From an uncultured Victivallales bacterium (GTDB lineage: Bacteria; Verrucomicrobiota; Lentisphaeria; Victivallales; UBA1829), in contig CALXRI010000006.1 in the NCBI GenBank assembly GCA_944390795.1, positions 558 through 64,557 on the forward strand: a DNA stretch of 64,000 nt, read 5' to 3'. The position numbers and the translations under genes were made by a program. Shown piece after piece: positions 24,570 to 34,484 of this stretch (positions are counted from its first letter, which is position 1; each line of letters starts with the position of its first letter). The notes beneath the pieces are model-generated. The model was given only the letters and a program-made list of their open reading frames with translations, was not told the DNA's origin and did not search any database.

Positions 24570-25847
24570 ATGAACAGTGAACTTCTGGCAACTCTTGAGT
24601 ATATTGAGCAGGAACGCGGAATCAGCAAGGAACAGCTCGTGGACGCCGTCGAGAAGGCGATTCTGACGGCATCGCGCAAAAGCATTCATCCCGCATCCAA
24701 TCTTGCGGTGAAACTGGACCGCCACTCCGGAGAGATCAAGGCATGGGCAAAGCTTGAAGTCGTGGACACCTTCCCGAACAACGACCAGATCACAATCGAA
24801 AAGGCGAAAGAGAAATATCCCGACGCCAAGATCGGCGATGTGATCGACTGGGAAGTGACGCCCAGGAATTTCGGCCGCATCGCGGCGCAGACCGCGCGCC
24901 AGGCGATTCTTCAGCAGCTCCGCAAGGCGGAAAAAGCGATCGTGAAGGAGGAATACGATGAAAAAGTGGGGGAAATCGTCAACGGCGTCGTGAAACGGAT
25001 CGAAGCCGGAGCGATCATCGTCGACCTTCAGAAATCCGAGGGGATCATCGCCGCAAAGGACAAGGTCCCGGGCGAACAGTACATGGTCGGAGAACGTATC
25101 AACGCACTGCTGGTCAAAGTGGACACCCTGGTATCCGGTCCGAGCCTGATTCTCTCCCGTTCCAATCCGGGATTCGTGCGGAAGCTTTTCGAGCGCGAGG
25201 TGTCCGAAATTCATGACGGCGTGGTGGAAATCGCCGGAATCGCGCGCGAAGCCGGAATGCGTACGAAAATCGCGGTCCGCAGCAACGATCCGCGCATCGA
25301 TCCCGTCGGCGCGTGCGTCGGGATGCGCGGCATGCGTGTCCGCAACATCACCAGCGAACTGGGCAATGAACGCGTCGACATCATCCGCTACGAGGAGGAC
25401 ATCAAGACCTATGCGGCAAATGCGCTGCACCCGGCAAAACTCGAGTCAATCAGCGTCGATGAGGACCGCAGGATGCTGACGATCCGGGTCAACTCGGAAA
25501 ACTCCCGCCTGGCATTCGGAAAAAAAGCGCAGAATGTCCGTCTTGCCCAGAAGCTGATCGGATGGAACATCAACTTCGTGACGGACGACGATGTCCGCGA
25601 AGAATCCTTCGAGGAAAAGAAAACGCAGTGCATTTCGCAGCTTTCCGCGGAACTCGGCATCGCGCCGGAAAAAGCGGAACTCCTTGTCAATAACGGTTAT
25701 CTGACACTGGAAGGCCTGAAAACGGCGGGCATTTCCGATATCGCCGCGATCCAGGGAATCGACGAGGCGACGGTGAATGCAATAGCGGAAAGGCTGGCGA
25801 AAGTCGATCAGACATCGGACGGGGCTTCCGACGGGAAGCAGCAGTAA
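24570..25847 (+). CDS. nusA: transcription termination/antitermination factor NusA
   Basis: N-terminal LEYIEQERGISKE, an S1 region and two KH regions. RBS GGAGG. Immediately followed by infB. Confidence 0.95.
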   Translation: MNSELLATLEYIEQERGISKEQLVDAVEKAILTASRKSIHPASNLAVKLDRHSGEIKAWAKLEVVDTFPNNDQITIEKAKEKYPDAKIGDVIDWEVTPRNFGRIAAQTARQAILQQLRKAEKAIVKEEYDEKVGEIVNGVVKRIEAGAIIVDLQKSEGIIAAKDKVPGEQYMVGERINALLVKVDTLVSGPSLILSRSNPGFVRKLFEREVSEIHDGVVEIAGIAREAGMRTKIAVRSNDPRIDPVGACVGMRGMRVRNITSELGNERVDIIRYEEDIKTYAANALHPAKLESISVDEDRRMLTIRVNSENSRLAFGKKAQNVRLAQKLIGWNINFVTDDDVREESFEEKKTQCISQLSAELGIAPEKAELLVNNGYLTLEGLKTAGISDIAAIQGIDEATVNAIAERLAKVDQTSDGASDGKQQ

Positions 25848-25922
25848 TCGTCCGCCGGACAGATTGCCGCAGATTTCAGATTCAGGTTCCGGCAGAACGC
25901 GAACGCTTGTGAAGGAATTTTC

Positions 25923-27959
25923 ATGGGAACAAAAAGTATCAAAGTCAAAACGCTTGCGGACAAATACGGCGTCTCCGTAAAAGAAATCCTCAGGGAACTT
26001 GAGTCGCAGGGATTCGGCGACGATGTGAAAAACGCAAATTCGGAAATCCCTCCGGACGCGGCGGAACTCGTGAAATCCTATTTCGATGAACTGATGGCGA
26101 AAAAAGGCCGGGCCCCCAAAGCCGGAGGAAAGACGAAAGACGCTTCTTCTCCTCAGGCGGCAGACAGGCAGGAGGTTCACATCAAGGGACCGATCCTCGT
26201 CAAAACGCTGGCCGAAGCGCTCGGCAGGCGTCCGAACGAGGTGATCACCAATCTCATGATGATGAACGTGCTTGCCAGCATCAACCAGATGCTGGACCCC
26301 GCCGTCGCAGTCGAACTTGCCGCGAAAATGGGATTCAGCCTGGTCATTGACAAACGCGAAAAGGAAGAGCATCTCCAAAAGGAATCCGAGTCTCAGACAC
26401 CGGATGCGCCCGAGGAAATCGAATTCAAGGACAATCCGAAAGATCTTGTGACGCGCCAGCCGATCGTAACGTTCATGGGGCATGTCGACCACGGAAAGAC
26501 CTCTCTGCAGGACGCGATCCGCAAGACCCGTGTCGCCGCCGGGGAAGCAGGCGGCATCACCCAGCACATCGGAGCGTCGATCGCCCACTGCGGGGGAAAA
26601 TCCGTGACGTTTGTCGACACTCCCGGTCACGAGGCTTTCACCGCGATGCGCGCACGCGGCGCGAATGTGACGGACATCGTGGTGCTGGTCGTCGCCGCGG
26701 ACGACGGCTTCATGCCGCAGACGATTGAAGCCATGAATCATGCAAAAGCCGCGAACGTGCCGATCATTGTGGCAATGAACAAGATCGATCTGCCGAACGC
26801 AAATCCGGACAAGGTGCTCCTTCACATGCAGCAGCACGGACTCATGCCGGAGGACTGGGGCGGAACAGTCGGAGTCGTCAAGGTCTCCGCGAAAACAGGT
26901 CAGGGCATTGACGAGCTGCTGGAACGGATTCTTCTCGAAGCGGAAATGCTTGAGCTCAAAGGCAATCCGAAACGCCCCGCCGAGGCGTTTGTCCTGGAGT
27001 CCCAGCTGGAACAGGGATACGGGCCAACGGCAAGCATCGTCGTCAAGAACGGGACGCTTCACGTCGGGGATCCGATCCTCTGCGGAGAATATTACGGAAA
27101 GGTCAAGGGACTGATCGATCACCGCGGACAGCGCGTCAAATCCGCGGGACCGAGCACGCCGGTGAAAATCGTCGGATTGAGCGGCGTGCCGGATGCGGGC
27201 ACGAAACTCGTTGTCTGCAAGAGCGAAAAAGAGGCCAAGGAAATCGGGGAGGCCAGAAGCGCGAGCAAACGCGTCGAGGCGCTTTCCGGAAAAGGCGGCG
27301 GCATGACGCTCGACGATCTCTTTTCCCAGATGGAGAACGGCAAACGCAACACGCTGAAGGTCGTGGTCAAAACCGATGTCTGCGGCTCATCGGAAGCGAT
27401 TGTGGAGTCTCTCAAGAAACTGCCCTCGGACAAAATCAGCGTGGAGGTGCTTCACGCGGGAGTCGGCGCAATCACGGAAAACGACGTTCTGCTCGCGGCC
27501 TCTTCGGACGCCATCGTAATCGGCTTCCACGTCCGGGTCAATCCCGGGGTGAACGACCTGGCCAAAAAGGAAAATGTCGAAATCCGCCTCTACAGCATCA
27601 TTTATGAACTGCTGGAGGATATCAAGGATGCGATGGCAGGCCGTCTGGAGCCGGACAAACGCGAAAAGGAACTGGGCGTGGCGCACATTCTGAAAATCTT
27701 CGAACTTTCCAGAGGACCGAAAATCTGCGGCTGCATGGTGGACAAGGGCGTCGTCAAGGTCGGCAGCAAGTCGCGCGTGTTCCGGAAGGGCGAACTGATC
27801 TTCAACGGCGAGGTCCGCTCGCTCCGGCGCTTCCAGGACGATGTCAAGGAGGTGCGCCAGGGCATGGAATGCGGAATCAAGCTGGACAACTTCCTCGACT
27901 TCGATGTCGGCGATGTGATCCAGTTCTACGAAATCGAACTGAGAAAAGCGACGCTCTGA
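25923..27959 (+). CDS. infB: translation initiation factor IF-2
   Basis: G-domain motifs [21 protein letters not shown]. Conserved C-terminal domains. Confidence 0.95.
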   Translation: MGTKSIKVKTLADKYGVSVKEILRELESQGFGDDVKNANSEIPPDAAELVKSYFDELMAKKGRAPKAGGKTKDASSPQAADRQEVHIKGPILVKTLAEALGRRPNEVITNLMMMNVLASINQMLDPAVAVELAAKMGFSLVIDKREKEEHLQKESESQTPDAPEEIEFKDNPKDLVTRQPIVTFMGHVDHGKTSLQDAIRKTRVAAGEAGGITQHIGASIAHCGGKSVTFVDTPGHEAFTAMRARGANVTDIVVLVVAADDGFMPQTIEAMNHAKAANVPIIVAMNKIDLPNANPDKVLLHMQQHGLMPEDWGGTVGVVKVSAKTGQGIDELLERILLEAEMLELKGNPKRPAEAFVLESQLEQGYGPTASIVVKNGTLHVGDPILCGEYYGKVKGLIDHRGQRVKSAGPSTPVKIVGLSGVPDAGTKLVVCKSEKEAKEIGEARSASKRVEALSGKGGGMTLDDLFSQMENGKRNTLKVVVKTDVCGSSEAIVESLKKLPSDKISVEVLHAGVGAITENDVLLAASSDAIVIGFHVRVNPGVNDLAKKENVEIRLYSIIYELLEDIKDAMAGRLEPDKREKELGVAHILKIFELSRGPKICGCMVDKGVVKVGSKSRVFRKGELIFNGEVRSLRRFQDDVKEVRQGMECGIKLDNFLDFDVGDVIQFYEIELRKATL

Positions 27960-28064
27960 CTTTTCCGCCGAACCGTTGTCCGCCGGCGCATGTCTGAAAA
28001 AATATGTCCGCGGATACTTTCCCCTTTCCGGAGGGTGTTTCCGGAAAACGCATGAAACGGAGGA

Positions 28065-28430
28065 GTGCAAATGGCCCAGCCCCATGACAGAATCGCGCGC
28101 GTCAATGAGATTCTGAAGCGCGAGATTGCAGATATCATAGAAAAGCACGGAATCGGCGGAAGCGGTACGCTGGTATCCGTGACAAAGGTTCACGCGTCCG
28201 AATCGCTCCGCAACGCAGCGGTGTACATCAGCGTGTTCGGCGCAGGAAAGGAACGGACTGCCGAGATTTTCCGTTCGCTCGGCAAACTCCGGACGGAAAT
28301 TCAGCACAATGTCTCCCGCCGCGTGATCCTGAAATACACGCCGGTGCTGCATTTCATTCATGACACCAATCTTGAGGAAGGCGACAAAGTGCTTTCCCTG
28401 ATCCGGGAACTGGAAGAAAATGAGCAATGA
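28065..28430 (+). CDS. rbfA: ribosome-binding factor A
   Basis: 121 aa with the RVNEILKREIADII and TPVLHFIHD pattern. Operon position is after infB. Confidence 0.9.
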   Translation: MQMAQPHDRIARVNEILKREIADIIEKHGIGGSGTLVSVTKVHASESLRNAAVYISVFGAGKERTAEIFRSLGKLRTEIQHNVSRRVILKYTPVLHFIHDTNLEEGDKVLSLIRELEENEQ

Positions 28431-29418
28431 CATCACGCTTTCCGAACTGAAAAAACGTCTGGGGCAGCTGCACGGGAAAGGACGGATTCTCCTGATGACG
28501 CACGAGCGTCCCGACGGAGATGCGATCGGCTCGCTCTGCGGCATGTACTTCATTCTGCGCGAAAACGGTTATTTTGTAGACGCGCTGATTCCGGAAGCCG
28601 TGCCGGACATGTACCAGGATTTTGTCCCGAGCGGGCTCATCACCTCCATCACGACGCTGGGCGTGGAATGTTATTCGCATCTGATTACACTGGACGCCTC
28701 GACCCGGATGCGGGTCTCCGCCCCCTGCATCAGGCAGGAAGGCATCCCGATCCCCTGCCTGAATATCGACCACCATCCGGACAATGAACGTTACGGAGAT
28801 GCCAGCTACGTGGTTCCGACGGCAAGCTCGACGGCGGAAATCGTGCTTTCCATCGCCCGGGAGGCGAACCTGATGATCAGCCCGGTTTCCGCAACGCTGC
28901 TGCTGCTCGGCATCACAACGGACACCGGATGCTTCCGCTTCGACAACACCACGCCGGAAGCGCTGCGCGCGGCCGCGCGGCTTCAGGAACTGGGCGCGGA
29001 CCGCACGCACATCATCCGGAACTGTTTCCTTTCCAAGCAGGAAAACATGGCGCGCTTTGAGGCGGATCTTCTCTGCAACCATCTGGAAAAGGCTTTCGGC
29101 GGCAGGTTCGCATGGTTCTATCTGGATCCGGAGCTGCTCGGCAAATACGGTGTGGACCTGCGCAACACAGAACAGGTGATCGAGGCGCTGCGCGCAATCG
29201 ACGGCGTTGTCGTCGCCGCCGTGATCCGCAGGGAAAAGGAAGGATTCAAAGTGTCGCTCCGCTCAAAATCAAGGCACGTCTCCGTCGGCAGAATCGCGCG
29301 CCGCCTGAACGGCGGCGGTCACGAGATGGCGGCGGGATGCACAATTGACGCGCCCTCGATCGGCGAAGCGGAACAGATTTTAGCAAACAACGTGGAGATG
29401 GAACTCAATGAGAAATAA
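28420..29418 (+). CDS. DHH/DHHA1 family phosphoesterase (NrnA-like)
   Basis: HERPDGDAIGS, DHH (NIDHHPDN) and C-terminal GGGHEMAAG motifs. Overlaps rbfA and truB. Confidence 0.8.
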   Translation: MSNDITLSELKKRLGQLHGKGRILLMTHERPDGDAIGSLCGMYFILRENGYFVDALIPEAVPDMYQDFVPSGLITSITTLGVECYSHLITLDASTRMRVSAPCIRQEGIPIPCLNIDHHPDNERYGDASYVVPTASSTAEIVLSIAREANLMISPVSATLLLLGITTDTGCFRFDNTTPEALRAAARLQELGADRTHIIRNCFLSKQENMARFEADLLCNHLEKAFGGRFAWFYLDPELLGKYGVDLRNTEQVIEALRAIDGVVVAAVIRREKEGFKVSLRSKSRHVSVGRIARRLNGGGHEMAAGCTIDAPSIGEAEQILANNVEMELNEK

Positions 29419-30169
29419 CCCGGCCCGGCACCGCCTCCCGATTTTCGATCGCAGCGGCGTGCTTCTTGTCGACAAACCCGCGGAATGGACGAGTCACGAC
29501 GTCGTGGCGTTCGTGCGTTCCCGGTTCAACGTGCCGAAAGTGGGGCATTGCGGAACGCTCGATCCGGCCGCAACCGGACTTCTGGTCGTAGTGCTCGGAA
29601 AATTCACAAAACTCAGTCAGAAATTCAGCGGAGAGGACAAGGTTTACGAAGGGACGATCCTCCTCGGAAAGGAGACCGATTCGCAGGACATGGACGGAAC
29701 GGTGCTCCGGGAAAGCGATCCCTCTTTCGTGACGGAACAGATGCTCCGGAACACCTTCGCGGAATTTGTCGGCGACATCGAGCAGATTCCGCCGATGGTT
29801 TCCGCCGTCAAGAAGGACGGAGAACGTCTTTACGAACTGGCGCGGAAAGGCCGGGAGATCGAGCGGGAGGCGAAACCGATCACGATCCATTCGATCACCT
29901 TGGACAAAATCGCGCTTCCCTATGCCGATTTCACCGTATCCTGCTCGAAAGGGACCTATGTCCGGACCCTCTGCGCGGACGTCGGCGCCCGGCTCGGCTG
30001 CGGGGCCTGCCTCTATCGTCTGAACCGTCTGAAAAGCGGCGAATTCGATCTGGCGAACGCCGTGACTGTCGAAACGCTGAAAACCTGGACGCAGGACGAT
30101 TTGAGCAGCCACATTTCCGAGTTCCTGCACAGGAAACTTGCGCAGATGAATCGTTTTACAACCTTTTGA
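29408..30169 (+). CDS. truB: tRNA pseudouridine(55) synthase
   Basis: GVLLVDKPAEWTSHDVV, GHCGTLDPAATGLL (catalytic Asp) and IPPMVSAVK motifs. Confidence 0.9.
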   Translation: MRNNPARHRLPIFDRSGVLLVDKPAEWTSHDVVAFVRSRFNVPKVGHCGTLDPAATGLLVVVLGKFTKLSQKFSGEDKVYEGTILLGKETDSQDMDGTVLRESDPSFVTEQMLRNTFAEFVGDIEQIPPMVSAVKKDGERLYELARKGREIEREAKPITIHSITLDKIALPYADFTVSCSKGTYVRTLCADVGARLGCGACLYRLNRLKSGEFDLANAVTVETLKTWTQDDLSSHISEFLHRKLAQMNRFTTF

Positions 30170-30190
30170 CACGGGAAAGGACGCCGGAGC

Positions 30191-31792
30191 ATGTCGGAAC
30201 CAGTCAGCGTAAGCGTGATCGAGGAGACTCTCAATCAATTTCTGAAGTCCGTGGAACACATGGAATCCTTTTCCGTGGACGACGCCGTCGCATTCGTGAC
30301 AAAAAACGCCGTCCTCCCGGAAACCGAACGGCGGGAACGGATTGTCCGCGACGTCGAGCTGATTCTGGAAAGCCGGCAGGACATTTTCTTCAAGGCAAAC
30401 ACGCATCATGCGGTCTGCTGGAACCGCGCGCCGTTCTTCCGGGGGACGCAGATCAAAATCCTTCCCTCGAAACTGGAAATCAAAGACGGGATTCTGCTCT
30501 ACGGCGCGCGTTTCGCCCCCTTCTGCTCCGATGAGCTTTTCGCGGATGAATACCGCCTTTCCATAAAGTGCGTGGATAGAACACTGCCCGTCGTCACCTA
30601 CACGGCCCAGCTCGGACAGATCGCACGCACTTTCATGCTGCTCGGACGTTCCGTCATGCTTGACTGCATCGTCGCGGAATCCTCCGCAAACTACGAGGCG
30701 CTCAAACGCGCATCCAGCCCGGAAAAAGCGGTGGTGGCGGTCTCCGCCTTTGATCTGGGTTCGTTTTACAGAGAAAACAACTTCTCCGAGGGGGACGCGC
30801 TCATCGCCACGGTCGAGGACTGGCGCAACGGCGTTTTCTCCCTGGAATACCGTTCCAAGGACGATCTGCCGGACAAGGCCGCGCTCGACGCCTGCCTCAC
30901 GCACTTCGAGGAAGCCGTCATTCAAACCTGCGAAGACTACGGCGAATATCTGGAGATTCCCGATCAGATCGCGCACGCCTATCTCTGCGCGTTCACCGCC
31001 GGGCATGATCTGCGGAAAAAACCGTATCTCTCCCTGGACGAATATCCCGCGATGATGCGCGACGTGGCCATCCGCCGCGACGACGCCGACTGGGTGCTCG
31101 TCCCCGTGGACGAACTGGCGACCGCCGGCGAATCCGAACCGGATCACGGCGAGGACGCGGAACACGTTCATGAACACGGGGAATGCGCCTGCCGTCACGA
31201 ACACAGCCATTCCGCCGCCCCGGCAAAATCCGGGGAACTGCGGGTTGAAGATTTCTCCGCTTCCGCCGGCAAGCTCGATTCGGTCGATTCCATTCTGGAA
31301 GAAGTGAACGCGCCGCTGAGCCATACCGAAATCTATGCAATGATTGTGGACGACATCGCCAACGGACAGGACTCCTTTGACGTCTTCTACCGGAAACTCC
31401 GGGACATCATGGGAGTGAAGTTTGTCGACGACGCGCAGGAAGTCACCTTCCAGAATTTCGTCGAGGACAACTGGGAGGAGGCTGTCGAACACTTCAACCC
31501 CGTCGTCGAAGAACCCAAGACGCCGCTGCGGACACGTCTGCTCGAGCTCAACGATCAGCGCATCGAGTGTTCCCGCTCTCTGCTGGAACGCTATCAGGGA
31601 AAGGAGATTCCCGCGCATACCGTCCACCGGATGAAATCCTTCCATGCACGGATTCTGAATACGCTCCGGCTTCTGAACGCCGACTCCGCTCTGCCGGAAG
31701 GCGAGGAATACGACATGCTGGAACTGCGTGTCGGGGACATTGAAGAGGACTGGGAAAACTTCATGGAAGAACTCGAAAAGAAGCAGAATTAA
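30191..31792 (+). CDS. hypothetical acidic protein with His/Cys-rich patch
   Basis: 533-aa ORF in the same strand and spacing as the nusA-truB operon. Contains HGEDAEHVHEHGECACRHEHSH. No recognisable family. Confidence 0.6.
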   Translation: MSEPVSVSVIEETLNQFLKSVEHMESFSVDDAVAFVTKNAVLPETERRERIVRDVELILESRQDIFFKANTHHAVCWNRAPFFRGTQIKILPSKLEIKDGILLYGARFAPFCSDELFADEYRLSIKCVDRTLPVVTYTAQLGQIARTFMLLGRSVMLDCIVAESSANYEALKRASSPEKAVVAVSAFDLGSFYRENNFSEGDALIATVEDWRNGVFSLEYRSKDDLPDKAALDACLTHFEEAVIQTCEDYGEYLEIPDQIAHAYLCAFTAGHDLRKKPYLSLDEYPAMMRDVAIRRDDADWVLVPVDELATAGESEPDHGEDAEHVHEHGECACRHEHSHSAAPAKSGELRVEDFSASAGKLDSVDSILEEVNAPLSHTEIYAMIVDDIANGQDSFDVFYRKLRDIMGVKFVDDAQEVTFQNFVEDNWEEAVEHFNPVVEEPKTPLRTRLLELNDQRIECSRSLLERYQGKEIPAHTVHRMKSFHARILNTLRLLNADSALPEGEEYDMLELRVGDIEEDWENFMEELEKKQN

Positions 31793-31810
31793 GCAACGGA
31801 GACACTTCCC

Positions 31811-32134
31811 ATGGCTGAACTGCGGGAAATACTTTCATTCTGTGTGCAGGTCCTGTTCACGGGGGGCGTGCTGTGGGCGGCTCTGAAAATCACAAAAACG
31901 CAGGGTGATTTTTCAGGCATGCTCCTGATCGCCTTTATCTGCGGACTGCTCGGGCTTCATCCGGAACCCTGGGGAATGCTCGCGTCGCTGCTGGTGATGT
32001 TCCTTCTGATCGCAAAATTCACTTCGGCGAAATTCTTTCCCGAGACCGTCGTCATCGTCCTGCTCTCGTGGATTCTCGGATTTCTTTCGAAATTCGCGCT
32101 GGAATTCGCCGCCCGGATTCTGGTGAAACAGTAG
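31811..32134 (+). CDS. small hydrophobic membrane protein (3-4 TM)
   Basis: 107-aa ORF lying 18 nt after the previous stop, with consecutive hydrophobic segments. Confidence 0.5.
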   Translation: MAELREILSFCVQVLFTGGVLWAALKITKTQGDFSGMLLIAFICGLLGLHPEPWGMLASLLVMFLLIAKFTSAKFFPETVVIVLLSWILGFLSKFALEFAARILVKQ

Positions 32135-32170
32135 GAACTGCCGCAGTCCGCCGCCTCCCCCGGCGGCGCA

Positions 32171-32722
32171 TCAACTGTTCAGAAGGCGTTTGACTTCTTC
32201 CGCAATGTCGGCGGCTTCGGACATCCGGCCCGGCCCGACATCCCCGCATGCAAGACGCCCGCTTTCGGGACCGATGAAAAAGACGCCGCGCGACTTGAGA
32301 ATGGCGCAGTTCTCCTGTAATGCGGGAGACTCCCACATTCTCGTGTTCATCGCCGGAGCCAGCAGAACTTTGCCGCGGAATGCCATCGCGGTCGTCGTCA
32401 GCGCGTCGTCCGCGATTCCATGCGTATACTTGCCGATGAAGTTCGCCGTGCACGGCGCAACCACCAGAAGATCGGCCGATTCGGAAAGTTCAATGTGTTC
32501 CGGCCGCCATTCCGGAACATCCCAGAGATTGCAGATCACGGGATTGCGCGACAGCGTCAGGAAACAGCGTTCCGTCATCAGTTTCTGCGCATTCGCGGTC
32601 ATGATGACATGCACATCGCAAGAGGCTTTGCAGAGCAGACTGCAGAGTTCCGCGCTTTTGTAGGCGGCGATTCCTCCGGTCACTCCCAGAATGATTTTTT
32701 TCTTTTTCTCAGCATTCATCAA
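32171..32722 (-). CDS. coaC: phosphopantothenoylcysteine decarboxylase flavoprotein (stand-alone CoaC)
   Basis: GVTGGIAAYKS, APAMNTRMW and ACGDVGPGRM motifs of the CoaC half of CoaBC. Only 183 aa, so no CoaB domain. Confidence 0.75.
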   Translation of the reverse strand: MMNAEKKKKIILGVTGGIAAYKSAELCSLLCKASCDVHVIMTANAQKLMTERCFLTLSRNPVICNLWDVPEWRPEHIELSESADLLVVAPCTANFIGKYTHGIADDALTTTAMAFRGKVLLAPAMNTRMWESPALQENCAILKSRGVFFIGPESGRLACGDVGPGRMSEAADIAEEVKRLLNS

Positions 32723-33341
32723 ATGGCGGCTCCTTTAATCTGGCGCTCGACAGGCGGAAGGACTGGATCAGAGCGCCCAGCGCCTCCTCCGCAACGGACA
32801 ATTCGTCGTTCACGATAATATACTTGTATTCGCGCCAGAATTCCAGTTCCCGTTTGGAATTGGCAAGACGGCGCGCAATGACCTCGGGGGCGTCCGTGCC
32901 GCGTCCGCGCAGACGCTTTTCCAGTTCCGCATGGCTCGGCGGCGTCACAAACACAGTCTCGAGGCTGCGCGCGAAAAAGGGATCCGTTTCCGCAAGTTTC
33001 CGGATCTGGAGCGCGCCCTGCACGTCGATGTCAAGCAGCACGTCGATTCCGTTCTCCACGCGGGAGATCACCTCGGATTTCAGCGTCCCGTAATGGTTCC
33101 CGTGCACGGTGGCGAACTCCATGAAATCCCCCGCTTCGACATGCCGCCGGAACTGTTCCTCCGAAAGGAAATGATAGTCGCGCCCGGCCACCTCGCCGGA
33201 ACGCATTGTCCGCGTGGTGCAGGAAACAGAGAATTCCATTTCCGTAAACCGTTCAAACATCCGTTTCGCGAGTGTGGATTTCCCGGAGCCGCTCGGCCCG
33301 GAAACAATCAGAAGCATTCCGTATCGCAGAGGTTTTTTCAT
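32709..33341 (-). CDS. gmk: guanylate kinase
   Basis: P-loop SGPSGSGKSTL, then TTRTMRSGEVAGRDYHF. Confidence 0.9.
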   Translation of the reverse strand: MKKPLRYGMLLIVSGPSGSGKSTLAKRMFERFTEMEFSVSCTTRTMRSGEVAGRDYHFLSEEQFRRHVEAGDFMEFATVHGNHYGTLKSEVISRVENGIDVLLDIDVQGALQIRKLAETDPFFARSLETVFVTPPSHAELEKRLRGRGTDAPEVIARRLANSKRELEFWREYKYIIVNDELSVAEEALGALIQSFRLSSARLKEPPFDEC

Positions 33342-34480
33342 TTTCCGCAGACTCCCGCATGAATCAGTTTCGCCAGGTTCAGGGCGGTAAAACAGAGATC
33401 GTCCTTCCCGGCGCGCACCGCTTCGTCGATGGAAGCATGTGCGCCGCTTGACGTGCTGAAAGCATAGTCAAATGTCTTCGCGAAGGCGGCGGGATCGCCT
33501 TTCAAAGCCCCGGAAAGCAGCAGGACCGGAACGGAACACTCCTTCGCAGCAGCGGCGACCTCGGAACAGAGTTTGCCGGATTCCGTCTGGGAATCCGTGC
33601 AGCCTTCCCCGGTAATCAGGAGATCCGCTCCCGCAAGATGGTTCCGCAGTCCGAGCATGTCCATAATCAGCTTCGCTCCGGAAACAGGCTTCGCACGGCA
33701 GAATGCGCGCAGTCCCGCGCCAAGTCCGCCCGCCGCGCCGTCACCGGGCTGCCCGACACTGTCAAGCATCCCGTTTTTCAGCCAGAGATCCGCCAGGACG
33801 GAAAGCCCCCGCTCCAGCGCGGAGACCATTTCAGGCGTGGCTCCCTTCTGGGGACCGTAAACCGCCGCCGCACCGCTGGGACCGAGCAGCGGATTGGTGA
33901 CATCGCAGGCAATCCGGATTTTTGTCCGGAAAATCCGCGGATCGGCTTCCGACGCGTCGATCGAAGCCAGGGTCGTCAGAAATCCCGCTCCGGGCGGCAG
34001 TTCCTTCCCATCGGCGGACCGCAGACGGTAGCCGAGCGCCTGCGCCATTCCCGCTCCGCCGTCAACCGTGGCGCTGCCGCCGATGCCGATCGTGAGATCC
34101 TCCACGCCGCAGTCAAGCACGGCGGACAGGAGTTCTCCCGTGCCCCGCGTCGTCGCACGCAGGGGATTGCGTTTTTCCGGCGGAATCAGGGCAAGACCGC
34201 TGGCCGATGACATTTCCAGAACACCGCTCTTCCCACCGTTGCAGAGACCGAAGCGGGCGGAGACCGGTTCCCCGAGAGGTCCCGTCACCTCCGCGGTGCG
34301 GATCTCTCCGCCGGACGCGGCGACGACGGCATCCACGGTGCCTTCGCCGCCGTCGGCCATCGGAAGCGCAATGATTTCCGCATCGGGCATCACGGCAAGA
34401 AACGCGTCACGGAGAACGGCGCACACTTCGGGGCTTGTCATGTTCCCCTTGAACTTGTCGGGGGCAAGAACGATCTTCAC
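33338..34480 (-). CDS. glycerate kinase
   Basis: (V/M)KIVLAPDKFKGNMTS...LPMADGGEGTVDA and ITGEGCTDSQT motifs. GTG 34480 gives the canonical N-terminus. An alternative TTG lies at 34501. Confidence 0.85.
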   Translation of the reverse strand: MKIVLAPDKFKGNMTSPEVCAVLRDAFLAVMPDAEIIALPMADGGEGTVDAVVAASGGEIRTAEVTGPLGEPVSARFGLCNGGKSGVLEMSSASGLALIPPEKRNPLRATTRGTGELLSAVLDCGVEDLTIGIGGSATVDGGAGMAQALGYRLRSADGKELPPGAGFLTTLASIDASEADPRIFRTKIRIACDVTNPLLGPSGAAAVYGPQKGATPEMVSALERGLSVLADLWLKNGMLDSVGQPGDGAAGGLGAGLRAFCRAKPVSGAKLIMDMLGLRNHLAGADLLITGEGCTDSQTESGKLCSEVAAAAKECSVPVLLLSGALKGDPAAFAKTFDYAFSTSSGAHASIDEAVRAGKDDLCFTALNLAKLIHAGVCGK

Positions 34481-34484
34481 GGGT

